32,000 nucleotides of DNA from Nostoc sp. PCC 7120 = FACHB-418 (GCF_000009705.1 NC_003272.1:5010001-5042000), one strand, 5' to 3'. Numbered from the stretch's first letter, positions 17,222-25,990 are shown. The notes: generated by a model from the sequence alone, not told the origin. A program made the numbers and translations.

Positions 17222-19003
17222 TTATACATCCCAGACCTTCTTTGCTAATTGAGCTAACATTTCCTGCCGACGCTCTATTGCTGTTGAGTTCCATTCATTA
17301 AATGTGCCTAAATCTTTTACTGCACGGTCAATCGCTGTATTTAATCCAACATTAACTGGTTCTACTATTGATTTAGTAATTAAAAATTTTGACTTTTGAT
17401 AAGCATTTTTCTTAACTTCAAATATTTTATTTTTTATTGAAGTATTGATAGGCTTCTCAATTAATGTAAGATTTCCTAAATATTTAACATACTTGTATAT
17501 TTGCTCTTGTTTATCAAATGAAGATTTAACTAACTCATAATTTTGAGGTAGTATATGTTCGATTTCAACAGTTTTATTTATATAGTTTTTTAAATTAGTA
17601 TGAGCTTCTATTTCTCCATAGGCTAATTCATCAATATACTGCGTAAGTTTAGCTAAGATATATTGCAAAACTTTTTTACGTACAGAATCCTCATCAAGCC
17701 GGCGAAAAGCGAGTAAAAACTTTTCCGCTAGTTTTTGTTTTTCTACTCCAATTTCCTCAAATATAAACTGATCAAGTAACTGTTGGTTATTTATTTGCCT
17801 TAGCTTAGATGCCCATTTTACAAATAAAATTTCAAGTTTACTGGATCTAGCTTGCGTAATGATACATATAAATAAAAAGTTTTCTAGATGTTTACTGAGG
17901 CTGGTAAACATTTCTTTAGAAAAGTGCTGAGTAGCTAGAAGTAATACAAAATGCTGGCTAGTTGAAAGATAAGATATATTTAGTAAATAACGGTTTGGCT
18001 TACCAAAAATATCTTTTCCTTCTTTAAAATTTGCAAATGCTTTTGCCGTTTTAACTAAAGAATCGACAAAATCAAATGGCTTATCTTGATATTCACATTT
18101 ATCCCGGTTTTCTTCAAACCATTCATAAATTTTATCTTCTCTTATGCGTTCTGAATCATATTTAGAAACAATAAAATAACGAAGAAATCTTATAGGATTT
18201 TCATTAGATTCATATAATATTTTTAGCATCTCCTTCCACTTATTTTTCAGTCTTTCAAAATCTTTGTCCTTTATAATTTTATTTTTAGCAATTTGGATAA
18301 ACATGAGATTTTTGAGTAGATCCATAGAATCCAGACCAACTCCACGATTATTAATCGTTGCAAAAACTTTGAGTGCGTGTGACATACTCTTGGTTTCTAC
18401 ACGAACTACTCTTACATTTTTAATAAAGCGTGCATAAAATAGCTTAACCTGCTGAATAGTAGTTTCATTACCACCAAATTCATCTTTTAGAAATCTTAAT
18501 GCAATTTGATAAGCATTTTTAATACGTCGCACAGAACTATTTTCAGGAATATCTAAAAAATTTTGTTGTCTAGCAATTCTTTCTAAAATGTAACGGCTTT
18601 CTTCATCATATTGAAGTTCTATTCTTTCCTTAAATTTTTCGCTACCATTTTCCTCCAAAACATATGAAGTAATAAATCCTTTAAGTTGACCAATATTATG
18701 TTCATCTGGATTTAGTTCTAGTAAATAATCTCTCACGGCACACACAATTAAATAAGCAGTCGTCATTCTTTGCTGTCCGTCAATTAGTTCATATAATTCT
18801 TGAGATTTGCAAACAATAATACTCCCTATAAAACACTCCCAATCAGAGCCGGATTTATTATCTAGAAATGGTTCATAAACATCTTCAAGAAGTTCTCTAA
18901 CCTGCTTTTCCTCCCAAACGTATTCACGCTGGTATTCTTTAACTACATAGAAGTCTTGAAATAATTCTTCTAAAGTATAATCACGCGATTCAATTGCTGC
19001 CAT
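17222..19003 (-). CDS. DUF262-DUF1524 two-domain nuclease (GmrSD / BrxU / SspE-like, putative modification-dependent restriction enzyme)
   Basis: The N-terminal domain has EYQREYVWEEKQ and DGQQRMTT, the DUF262/ParB-like NTPase hallmarks. The C-terminal domain has VEIEHILPQ...LGNLTLIEKPINTS, a DUF1524 His-Me-finger-like pattern. Length is 593 aa. AGGAGG (rc of 19014-19019) lies 10 nt upstream of the ATG. GC is very low. Confidence 0.85.
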   Translation of the reverse strand: MAAIESRDYTLEELFQDFYVVKEYQREYVWEEKQVRELLEDVYEPFLDNKSGSDWECFIGSIIVCKSQELYELIDGQQRMTTAYLIVCAVRDYLLELNPDEHNIGQLKGFITSYVLEENGSEKFKERIELQYDEESRYILERIARQQNFLDIPENSSVRRIKNAYQIALRFLKDEFGGNETTIQQVKLFYARFIKNVRVVRVETKSMSHALKVFATINNRGVGLDSMDLLKNLMFIQIAKNKIIKDKDFERLKNKWKEMLKILYESNENPIRFLRYFIVSKYDSERIREDKIYEWFEENRDKCEYQDKPFDFVDSLVKTAKAFANFKEGKDIFGKPNRYLLNISYLSTSQHFVLLLATQHFSKEMFTSLSKHLENFLFICIITQARSSKLEILFVKWASKLRQINNQQLLDQFIFEEIGVEKQKLAEKFLLAFRRLDEDSVRKKVLQYILAKLTQYIDELAYGEIEAHTNLKNYINKTVEIEHILPQNYELVKSSFDKQEQIYKYVKYLGNLTLIEKPINTSIKNKIFEVKKNAYQKSKFLITKSIVEPVNVGLNTAIDRAVKDLGTFNEWNSTAIERRQEMLAQLAKKVWDV

Positions 19004-19154
19004 TACACTTTATCCTCCTGTATTTATATTTAAAATAATCTGTAATAATTGCTGTTTTATGCGAAGCATTTATATAAAATATACAATGTTTGATTCTGAT
19101 TTAGTGAAAGAATAATTATTAGATTCCCAATCTTAATTACTCAATCTGAAATAA

Positions 19155-19904
19155 CTACCAACCCAAACTAGTTGGCTGTTCATAAACCCGCTTTAAAGTA
19201 TTGACATCTCTGGCAGAAATTGGCGGTGGGTTGCGGACTTGGGAAAAATATAAAGCATCGCTTGGTAGGGAACTATGCCCCCAAATTCCCAGGGCGTGAC
19301 CGATTTCGTGGCGGGCGGCTGCCAGAAGATACTCACCTGTTTGGGTAGGATTTAATAGGATAGTAAAGCGGTGTGATAAGACATTATTCTTTGTGTATAA
19401 TTCGTAGCGGGTGAGAGCAGAACGCGCACGGGGGATTTTATCTTTACCTATTTGTAAAGGTGGGGTTTTGCGCTCAATCGTAATATCGGCAACTTCAGCT
19501 TGTTCTACAATTACCAAAGGCAAATAATTAGCCCATTCCTGCACAGTTGTGAAAACACTATCAACCCATATTTGCGCCTGTTGTGCGTTAATTAGTTGTG
19601 GTTGTTTGATATGAACTCGCACGGGAAATTGTGACCACACTAAATAACCGACATCAGTTGTTGCAACTTGAGAAAAGTAATCACCGCTATTGGTGCTGTC
19701 TTGCCATTGTGCAAGTGTGGAAGGTAGAGGATGGGCTTTTGGTGGGGAGAAAGAGGGCTTTGTTGTTAAAGCATTACTTAACTGGAGATTAGTGAAAATG
19801 ATTAGCAGCCCTGCACCTATAAATAAGGCGAGGGCTGCTAGTAAGTGCTTTGATCGAAAATTCTTGAGGGTGTTAGGTTTTGGGTGTTGAATTTTATTCC
19901 CCAT
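19155..19904 (-). CDS. Membrane-anchored zinc metalloprotease, metzincin (matrixin-like)
   Basis: HEIGHALGIWGHS fits the HExxHxxGxxH metzincin zinc site. There is one N-terminal hydrophobic anchor (LLAALALFIGAGLLIIF). Confidence 0.7.
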   Translation of the reverse strand: MGNKIQHPKPNTLKNFRSKHLLAALALFIGAGLLIIFTNLQLSNALTTKPSFSPPKAHPLPSTLAQWQDSTNSGDYFSQVATTDVGYLVWSQFPVRVHIKQPQLINAQQAQIWVDSVFTTVQEWANYLPLVIVEQAEVADITIERKTPPLQIGKDKIPRARSALTRYELYTKNNVLSHRFTILLNPTQTGEYLLAAARHEIGHALGIWGHSSLPSDALYFSQVRNPPPISARDVNTLKRVYEQPTSLGW

Positions 19905-19924
19905 ATACCTATCTCCCTTTAATG

Positions 19925-20158
19925 TTATTTAGGTAGCCAACCTGCGCTTAAAACTACTGTTAAACCGAGGAAAATGACTGTCAATGCCCAGGTAACACGG
20001 TTTAAGGTATTTTCGGCGCTTTTGGTGCTGCTAAATAGCTGTGCTTGTCCGCCGATCGCTCCAATTCCGTCACCTTTGGGGCTATGGAGCAAAACTAATA
20101 CTATTAGACCAACGGCGGAAAGCGCCCAAATAGCTTGCACAATACTAGTAACTGTCAT
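19925..20158 (-). CDS. secG: Preprotein translocase subunit SecG
   Basis: Two TM helices with LLHSPKGDGIGAIGG between them, and a size of about 77 aa. The ORF track start 20188 is a TTG, so ATG 20158 (MTVTSIVQ...) is preferred. Confidence 0.85.
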   Translation of the reverse strand: MTVTSIVQAIWALSAVGLIVLVLLHSPKGDGIGAIGGQAQLFSSTKSAENTLNRVTWALTVIFLGLTVVLSAGWLPK

Positions 20159-20205
20159 GGTAGCAATCTCTTTTATAACAAGTTTCAAAAAAGAAGGGTT
20201 TGCTA

Positions 20206-20254
20206 ATGAGAGAACAGTTGACGGTTAACTGTTAACAGTTAACTGTTCTCTCAT
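20206..20254 (-). terminator. 49-nt near-perfect palindrome between gpmI and secG (terminator or processing hairpin)
   Basis: atgagagaacagtt (20206-20219) is the exact reverse complement of aactgttctctcat (20241-20254). The core holds three GTTAAC-containing heptamers (20224-20243). It begins 4 nt after the gpmI stop, and on the - strand a CTTCTTTTTT run follows about 10 nt later. Confidence 0.45.
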
Positions 20255-20257
20255 AGC

Positions 20258-21859
20258 TTAATTAAGCCCTACAGGAATAGGGGTGCGACTGAGTTCCACC
20301 TCATATTCTGCTGGTTGCAGGAGCGATCGCCCTGTCATTTCTGGTGGTTGGGGTAGCTGTAAAATGTCGAGGATTGTGGGTGCAATGTCGGCTAGTTTGC
20401 CGTCGCTACGTAGTTCGACGTTGGTACCATATCCAGGGATTTTAACTTTTTCGCCTTCCACTAAAATTAAGGGGACTGGGTTAGTTGTGTGAGCTGTCCA
20501 AGAATTACCTGCTTCATCTAGCATATACTCGGCGTTGCCGTGATCGGCGGTAATAATTGTTGTTCCCCCGGCTTTGCTTACACCTTCTAACAAACGACCT
20601 AAACAGCGATCAACTGTTTCGATGGCCTTTATTGTGGGTTCTATTTGACCAGTATGCCCTACCATATCTGGGTTGGCATAGTTAATGACAATTAAAGAGT
20701 AGATACCTTTTTGAATTGCGGCGATCGCTGTATCGGTAACTGCGGTTGCTGACATGGCTGGGGCTTTGTCGTAAGTCGCTACCATTGGACTGCTGACAAG
20801 TTCCCTGTCTTCCCCAGCAAAGGGTTCTTCTAAGCCACCGTTGAAGAAATAGGTGACATGGGCATACTTTTCGGTTTCGGCGGTACGAAACTGATTTAAA
20901 CCCTGATTGGCGATGACTTCACCCAGAATATTGGTTAAGTTCTGTGGCTCAAAGGCTACAGATACTGATAAATCAGAATCGTATTGGGTAAATGTGACAA
21001 AAGACAGTGGTTTGATTTGCTGTCTGGCAAAGCCTGTAAATTCAGGGCTGACAAAAGCTTGAGTCAGTTGTCTAGAACGGTCTGGACGGAAATTAAAGAA
21101 TATCACCCCATCTCCTGGCTCGACAGTACCAGGAGCAATTCGCACGGGAACAATAAACTCATCATTCACTCCTTCGGCATAGGATGCTTGCAAGACATCA
21201 ACAGCCTTGCGTCCATCACCTACACCGTCTTGAGTCATTACATCATAAGCGCGTTGTACCCGATCCCAACGGCGATCGCGATCCATCGCATAGTAACGAC
21301 CGCTAACAGTGACAATGCGCCCGATTCCTACATGATTGATGTAGTCTTCTAAGGCTGAGATTGCGTTTATACCATCGGTTGGCGCGGTGTCACGACCATC
21401 AGTAATGGCATGAATACAAACTTCAGAAATTCGCTGTTCTTTGGCTAAGTCAAGTAGTCCGAATAGATGGGTGATATGCGAGTGTACACCCCCCTCAGAA
21501 CAAAGCCCTACTAAATGTAGCTTGCCATTCCGATTGCGAACTTCCTGGCAAATTTTGACAAGAGCTGAGTTGCTGAGGATAGAACCATCCTCCACCGCAT
21601 CGGAGATTCGTACCAATTCCTGTGGCACGACTCGCCCAGCACCAATGTTCAAATGACCAACTTCCGAGTTACCCATTTGACCTTCTGGCAATCCTACGGC
21701 TTTCCCTGATGTGTGGATGAGGGTATGCGGGTAAGCCGTCCATAAGCTTTCCATTACTGGAGTTTTGGCGGCAGCAATAGCATTTCCTCGCGTCTCCTCG
21801 CAGTAGCCCCATCCGTCTAAAATGACTAGCACCACAGGAGCAACAGGTGCTTTGGTCAT
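20258..21859 (-). CDS. gpmI: 2,3-bisphosphoglycerate-independent phosphoglycerate mutase
   Basis: VVLVILDGWGY, NSEVGHLNIGAGR, HLVGLCSEGGVHSH, ITADHGNAE and similar blocks are the iPGM signature. The ORF track start 21955 is a TTG, so ATG 21859 (MTKAPVAPVVLVILDGWG) is preferred. Confidence 0.9.
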   Translation of the reverse strand: MTKAPVAPVVLVILDGWGYCEETRGNAIAAAKTPVMESLWTAYPHTLIHTSGKAVGLPEGQMGNSEVGHLNIGAGRVVPQELVRISDAVEDGSILSNSALVKICQEVRNRNGKLHLVGLCSEGGVHSHITHLFGLLDLAKEQRISEVCIHAITDGRDTAPTDGINAISALEDYINHVGIGRIVTVSGRYYAMDRDRRWDRVQRAYDVMTQDGVGDGRKAVDVLQASYAEGVNDEFIVPVRIAPGTVEPGDGVIFFNFRPDRSRQLTQAFVSPEFTGFARQQIKPLSFVTFTQYDSDLSVSVAFEPQNLTNILGEVIANQGLNQFRTAETEKYAHVTYFFNGGLEEPFAGEDRELVSSPMVATYDKAPAMSATAVTDTAIAAIQKGIYSLIVINYANPDMVGHTGQIEPTIKAIETVDRCLGRLLEGVSKAGGTTIITADHGNAEYMLDEAGNSWTAHTTNPVPLILVEGEKVKIPGYGTNVELRSDGKLADIAPTILDILQLPQPPEMTGRSLLQPAEYEVELSRTPIPVGLN

Positions 21860-22024
21860 AATAAAATTGCCCTTTACTTTTTGTAATACCCGAATGATAC
21901 CACTGCTACCCGTCACTGCAAGTGAATTTCTGCTTATTAACTTTTCTGATGACAAAAATCTATTTTTTTTAGATTTTCTTTAACCTTAGTAACTGTTGAA
22001 TATATTTTGTGATAAAAGGGGATG

Positions 22025-22082
22025 GGTAATAGGTAATTGGTAATTGAGAAGAAAGCTTACCTATTACCCATTACCTATTACC
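22025..22082 (-). terminator. Long heptamer-built hairpin downstream of the ABC-F gene
   Basis: ggtaataggtaattggtaat (22025-22044) pairs with attacccattacctattacc (22063-22082), giving a 20-bp stem with one mismatch (22038/22069). It lies 16 nt after the ABC-F stop, and on the - strand CCCCTTTT follows. Confidence 0.45.
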
Positions 22083-22097
22083 AGTAGTTTAGATGCT

Positions 22098-23792
22098 TCA
22101 CTTCTTTTTGGCAGAAGATTTAGCTGATTTAGCGGCTTTTTTCGCAGCTTTTTCAGCAGCGATCGCCTCTAATTTCGCCGTTTCTTTTTCCTCGGCGATT
22201 TTGTCTAGATAATAGTGGTAATCACCTAGATACACACGAAATTCACCATCCCGAATTTCGACGATTTTGTTGGCTACCTGAGAAATAAAATAACGGTCGT
22301 GAGAGACAACAATCGCCGTGCCATCATAATTTTGTAGTGCTTCTTCCAGCATTTCTTTTGCGGGAATATCTAGGTGGTTAGTAGGCTCATCGAGAATAAT
22401 TAAGTTAGCAGGACGTAAGAGCATTTTCGCCAATGCTAAACGTGCTTTTTCTCCTCCACTTAATGCTTCTACTTGCTTAAATACGGTGTCCCCTGTAAAC
22501 AGAAACTTACCCAAAAGCGTGCGGACTTCTTCGTTTTTCCAGTCAGGAACTTCATCGTGGATAGTTTCCATAACCGTTTTTTTCAAGTCTAAAGCTTCGG
22601 CTTGATTTTGCTCAAAGTAACCAGGAATAACACCGTGTTCTCCTATGCCCACGCTACCTTCTGTGGGTGGTTCTAAACCCATAATTATCCGCAACAGCGT
22701 AGATTTACCTGCACCGTTGGGGCCTAAGAAAGCAATGCGATCGCCCCTTTCAATTAAAAGGTTCGCACCCAAGAACAAAATTTTATCATCGTAGGTATGG
22801 GTTAAATCCTTGATTTTCACTACCTCTCGTCCACTGCGGGGTGCGGGTGGAAAACGGAAATGCAAGGTTCTGACACCAGCCACAGGCGCTTCGATGCGTT
22901 CGATCTTATCTAGTTGCTTTTCTCGGCTTTTAGCTTGAGTACTGCGGGTAGCACTGGCGCGGAATCTATCAACAAAAGCTTGCTGTTTCTCGATTTCTTT
23001 CTGCTGACGTTCGTAAGCACTCATTTGAGCTAACTGGCTTTCGGCTTTTTGTTCTAGATAAGATGTGTAGTTACCCAGATAAGTACTAGAAACACCTCGT
23101 TCAGTTTCCACAATTTGGGTACAGAGGCGGTCAAGAAACTCCCGGTCATGGGAGACTATGACCATTGGTGTAGTTAGCTTTTTCAGGTAATTTTCTAACC
23201 ACTCAATAGTTTCCAAGTCTAAGTGGTTAGTCGGCTCGTCCAGCAGTAAGATATCTGGTGCTTGCAGAAGAATCTTACCCAAACTCATCCGCATTTGCCA
23301 ACCACCGGAGAAAGCGCTGACGAGGCGATCGCCATCTTCTTGCTCAAATCCCATTTCTGGGAGAATTTTCCCAATGCGCGCTTCTAAACCATAGCCATCC
23401 AAACCTTCAAACTGACGCTGCAAACGATCCAATTTGTCGATTAGCTTATCCAGTTCCTCTGGAGTCGCTGTTTGCATATCATGTTGTACTTGGGTTAGAG
23501 CCAATTGTACTTGGTTGGCTTCCTTAAATACAGTCCAAAACTCTTCTCTGACGGTGCGGCTAGGATCTACCTCAAACTCTTGGTTGAGGTAAGCTATGTG
23601 CAGGCTAGAAGGACGGATAATTTCCCCAGCCGTCGGTTCTATCTCCCCAGTAATAATTTTTAGCTGAGTCGATTTACCCGCACCGTTGACACCGACTAAA
23701 CCAATGCGATCGCCTGGTTTCACTTCCCAGTTGATATCTTTGAGAACTTCGCCTGTAGGATAAATTTTACTAATATGTTCTAATCGCAGCAT
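22098..23792 (-). CDS. ABC-F family ATPase (tandem ABC domains, translation-factor type)
   Basis: Two Walker A motifs (GVNGAGKST and GPNGAGKST), two signatures (FSGGWQMR and LSGGEKARL), a Q/E/R-rich interdomain linker, no membrane domain and a Lys/Ala-rich tail. The ORF track start 23795 is a TTG and the next codon is ATG (23792). Confidence 0.85.
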   Translation of the reverse strand: MLRLEHISKIYPTGEVLKDINWEVKPGDRIGLVGVNGAGKSTQLKIITGEIEPTAGEIIRPSSLHIAYLNQEFEVDPSRTVREEFWTVFKEANQVQLALTQVQHDMQTATPEELDKLIDKLDRLQRQFEGLDGYGLEARIGKILPEMGFEQEDGDRLVSAFSGGWQMRMSLGKILLQAPDILLLDEPTNHLDLETIEWLENYLKKLTTPMVIVSHDREFLDRLCTQIVETERGVSSTYLGNYTSYLEQKAESQLAQMSAYERQQKEIEKQQAFVDRFRASATRSTQAKSREKQLDKIERIEAPVAGVRTLHFRFPPAPRSGREVVKIKDLTHTYDDKILFLGANLLIERGDRIAFLGPNGAGKSTLLRIIMGLEPPTEGSVGIGEHGVIPGYFEQNQAEALDLKKTVMETIHDEVPDWKNEEVRTLLGKFLFTGDTVFKQVEALSGGEKARLALAKMLLRPANLIILDEPTNHLDIPAKEMLEEALQNYDGTAIVVSHDRYFISQVANKIVEIRDGEFRVYLGDYHYYLDKIAEEKETAKLEAIAAEKAAKKAAKSAKSSAKKK

Positions 23793-23923
23793 CAAGTTTC
23801 TCTCAGTTAGGAATTATGGTTAGTTGCGGACGAAGTACCAATACTGTGTCCAATATTAACAAAAATTAACCAATAATTTGTCTTAAGAAACTCTTACCAA
23901 ACAAAAGAGTAAAGTGAGCTTGT

Positions 23924-24529
23924 TTAATTGCCGCTTTGAGAGTCAGAAGACTGCTGTTGTGTGGCTTGTCGTACTTCCTCAACACTTAAATCTAAAGCTT
24001 GTGCCACTTGCTCTAAAGTCAAACCTGCTGCCAACATTGCTGGTACTGCTTTTAGCTTGCCACTGCGCTCACCTTCTTCTTTGCCTTCTTGAAAAACATC
24101 CTGAAAATATCTAGTATTTCTTAAGTCACTGAGGCTAAACATTTCTTCTAACTCCTTCTTACTAATTGAGGGCAACTTATATAAAATGATAGTCTCTATC
24201 AATTCTAAGAATTCCTTTTGTTTAGCTGGTAAGTTGATTTCTGATTTTGTTCTGGCTATCAACTTCCTGGCTTCTACAATGGCTGTATCTTCAGATGTCA
24301 CGATCAATTTGACAGTAGCCAGACTAATTGGTAAGGAAGTCGCATCTATTAATTCATCCAGATAAATTCGCCTGACTCGCTCACTAATAAAAAATTCTCG
24401 ATAATGCTTAATATCTCCTGTGTCTATACTTCTGCTTGGATATAAAATCACAGACAACTTGGGTGCGTAAGTGCTTTTCTGCGTGAAGCAAAACAAAAAC
24501 CGCCTGTTACTCACAGACGGTTTAAACAT
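23924..24529 (-). CDS. Rpn-family (DUF2887/DUF4351-like) protein, N-terminally short; possible remnant
   Basis: ILYPSRSID, VRRIYLDEL, LELIETIILYKLPSISKKELEEMFSLSDL and the EEGE...LTLEQVAQALDLSVEEV tail match the abundant cyanobacterial Rpn/PD-(D/E)XK putative-transposase family. The N-terminal nuclease region appears missing or degenerate. The ATG lies only 18 nt after the prfA stop. Confidence 0.55.
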   Translation of the reverse strand: MFKPSVSNRRFLFCFTQKSTYAPKLSVILYPSRSIDTGDIKHYREFFISERVRRIYLDELIDATSLPISLATVKLIVTSEDTAIVEARKLIARTKSEINLPAKQKEFLELIETIILYKLPSISKKELEEMFSLSDLRNTRYFQDVFQEGKEEGERSGKLKAVPAMLAAGLTLEQVAQALDLSVEEVRQATQQQSSDSQSGN

Positions 24530-24547
24530 AATTTATTAAACTAATAA

Positions 24548-25648
24548 TTAACCAGCAGCGCTAGAAGTTGCTAACTCCGCCAACCGTTCCTGCTGGTCTT
24601 GAGAAATACAAGATTGAATGACCGTCTCTAAATCGCCTTCCAAAACTGGATTAAGCGAAAAGTTTTGACCTAAACGGTGGTCAGTCGCACGGCTATCTTT
24701 ATAATTATAAGTGCGAATTTTCTCCGATCGCGATCCTGTTCCAACTTGCGATCGCCTCATCGAAGTCACTTCTTCTTGTTGTTCGCGCAGCTTAATCTCA
24801 TACAACTTCGCCCGCAAAATCTGCATCGCCCGTTCTTTGTTTTGTAACTGGCTGCGTTCTTCTGTACAGAAAATGCGGATTCCCGTCGGTTTGTGCATCA
24901 AGTCAACAGCAGTTTCCACCTTGTTGACGTTTTGTCCACCAGCACCACCAGAACGAGCCGTAGTCATTTCAATATCTTTCGGATCAATGTGGATTTCTAC
25001 TTCATCAACTTCTGGCATAATTGCCACTGTCGCCGTTGAAGTATGCACCCTTCCCCCAGCTTCGGTTGCTGGTACACGCTGCACACGATGAACGCCTGCT
25101 TCAAATTTCAGCTTACTGTAAACGCTCTCACCTTGAATTTCCAGGATAACTTCTTTGAAGCCACCCATTTCACCCAGGGACTCACTCACCAACTTTACCC
25201 GCCAGCCTTGAGTATCAGCATAGCGAGAATACATCCGCAGTAAATCACCAGCCCAAATACTCGCTTCATCGCCACCAGTACCAGCGCGAATTTCCAACAT
25301 GATGTTTTTATCATCGTTGGGGTCACGGGGTAGCAGCAAAACCTTCAAACGAGTTTCTAAATAGTCTATTTTTTCTTCTAATTCTTTTACTTCCAGAGCT
25401 GCCATTTCGTGCATATCTGGATCACTGTTTGCCTCTTTAAGTACCTGACGCGCCCCAATTAATTCTTCTTGGGCGATTTTCCAATTATCATAAGTCTCTA
25501 CAACTTCTTCTAAAGAAGAACGGGACTTAGCAATCTTTTGATACTCATCGGGGTTTTTAGCCGTGTCAGGATCTCCCAGACGACGAGTTAATTCATTGAA
25601 GGTTTGTTCAACGGATTTTAGTTTCTCCAGCAGGTATGATTCAGCCAT
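24548..25648 (-). CDS. prfA: Peptide chain release factor 1
   Basis: GGQ motif [16 protein letters not shown] and RF1-type PxT tripeptide in [17 protein letters not shown]. Length 366 aa. Confidence 0.93.
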   Translation of the reverse strand: MAESYLLEKLKSVEQTFNELTRRLGDPDTAKNPDEYQKIAKSRSSLEEVVETYDNWKIAQEELIGARQVLKEANSDPDMHEMAALEVKELEEKIDYLETRLKVLLLPRDPNDDKNIMLEIRAGTGGDEASIWAGDLLRMYSRYADTQGWRVKLVSESLGEMGGFKEVILEIQGESVYSKLKFEAGVHRVQRVPATEAGGRVHTSTATVAIMPEVDEVEIHIDPKDIEMTTARSGGAGGQNVNKVETAVDLMHKPTGIRIFCTEERSQLQNKERAMQILRAKLYEIKLREQQEEVTSMRRSQVGTGSRSEKIRTYNYKDSRATDHRLGQNFSLNPVLEGDLETVIQSCISQDQQERLAELATSSAAG

Positions 25649-25750
25649 AACGAGTGCGATCGCTCCTTTAAAAAATAACCACTTGGCTCGGCAAAAAATG
25701 ACAATCGACCCAGCAGACGCAGGGTCGTCGTTAACAGCAGAGCCAAACCG

Positions 25751-25990
25751 CTACTTTTTAGTTTGTTCGCCAGAGGTTTGAGTGCTGCTCATACCATACT
25801 TACGTAGGAAGCGTTCTACGCGACCTTCAGTATCAATAATCTTCTGAGTACCAGTATAAAAAGGGTGGTTGCCAGACCAAACATCTACGTGTAATTCTGG
25901 TTTGGTAGAACCAACGGTCATCACAACTTGACCATTGCAGTAGACTTTTGCTTCTGGATACCACTTGGGATGAATATCAGATTTAGCCAT
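25751..25990 (-). CDS. rpmE: 50S ribosomal protein L31
   Basis: MAKSDIHPKWYPEAKVYCNG...HPFYTG is the L31 signature. Confidence 0.93.
   Translation of the reverse strand: MAKSDIHPKWYPEAKVYCNGQVVMTVGSTKPELHVDVWSGNHPFYTGTQKIIDTEGRVERFLRKYGMSSTQTSGEQTKK

Noticed and set aside
17116-19126. An 8-nt direct repeat TTAGATTC (17116-17123 and 19119-19126) brackets the GmrSD-like gene and could be a target-site duplication.
   Set aside because: In flanks this AT-rich, roughly one chance 8-mer match is expected between a ~120-nt and a ~150-nt segment by my rough estimate. There are no accompanying terminal inverted repeats and no recombinase gene.
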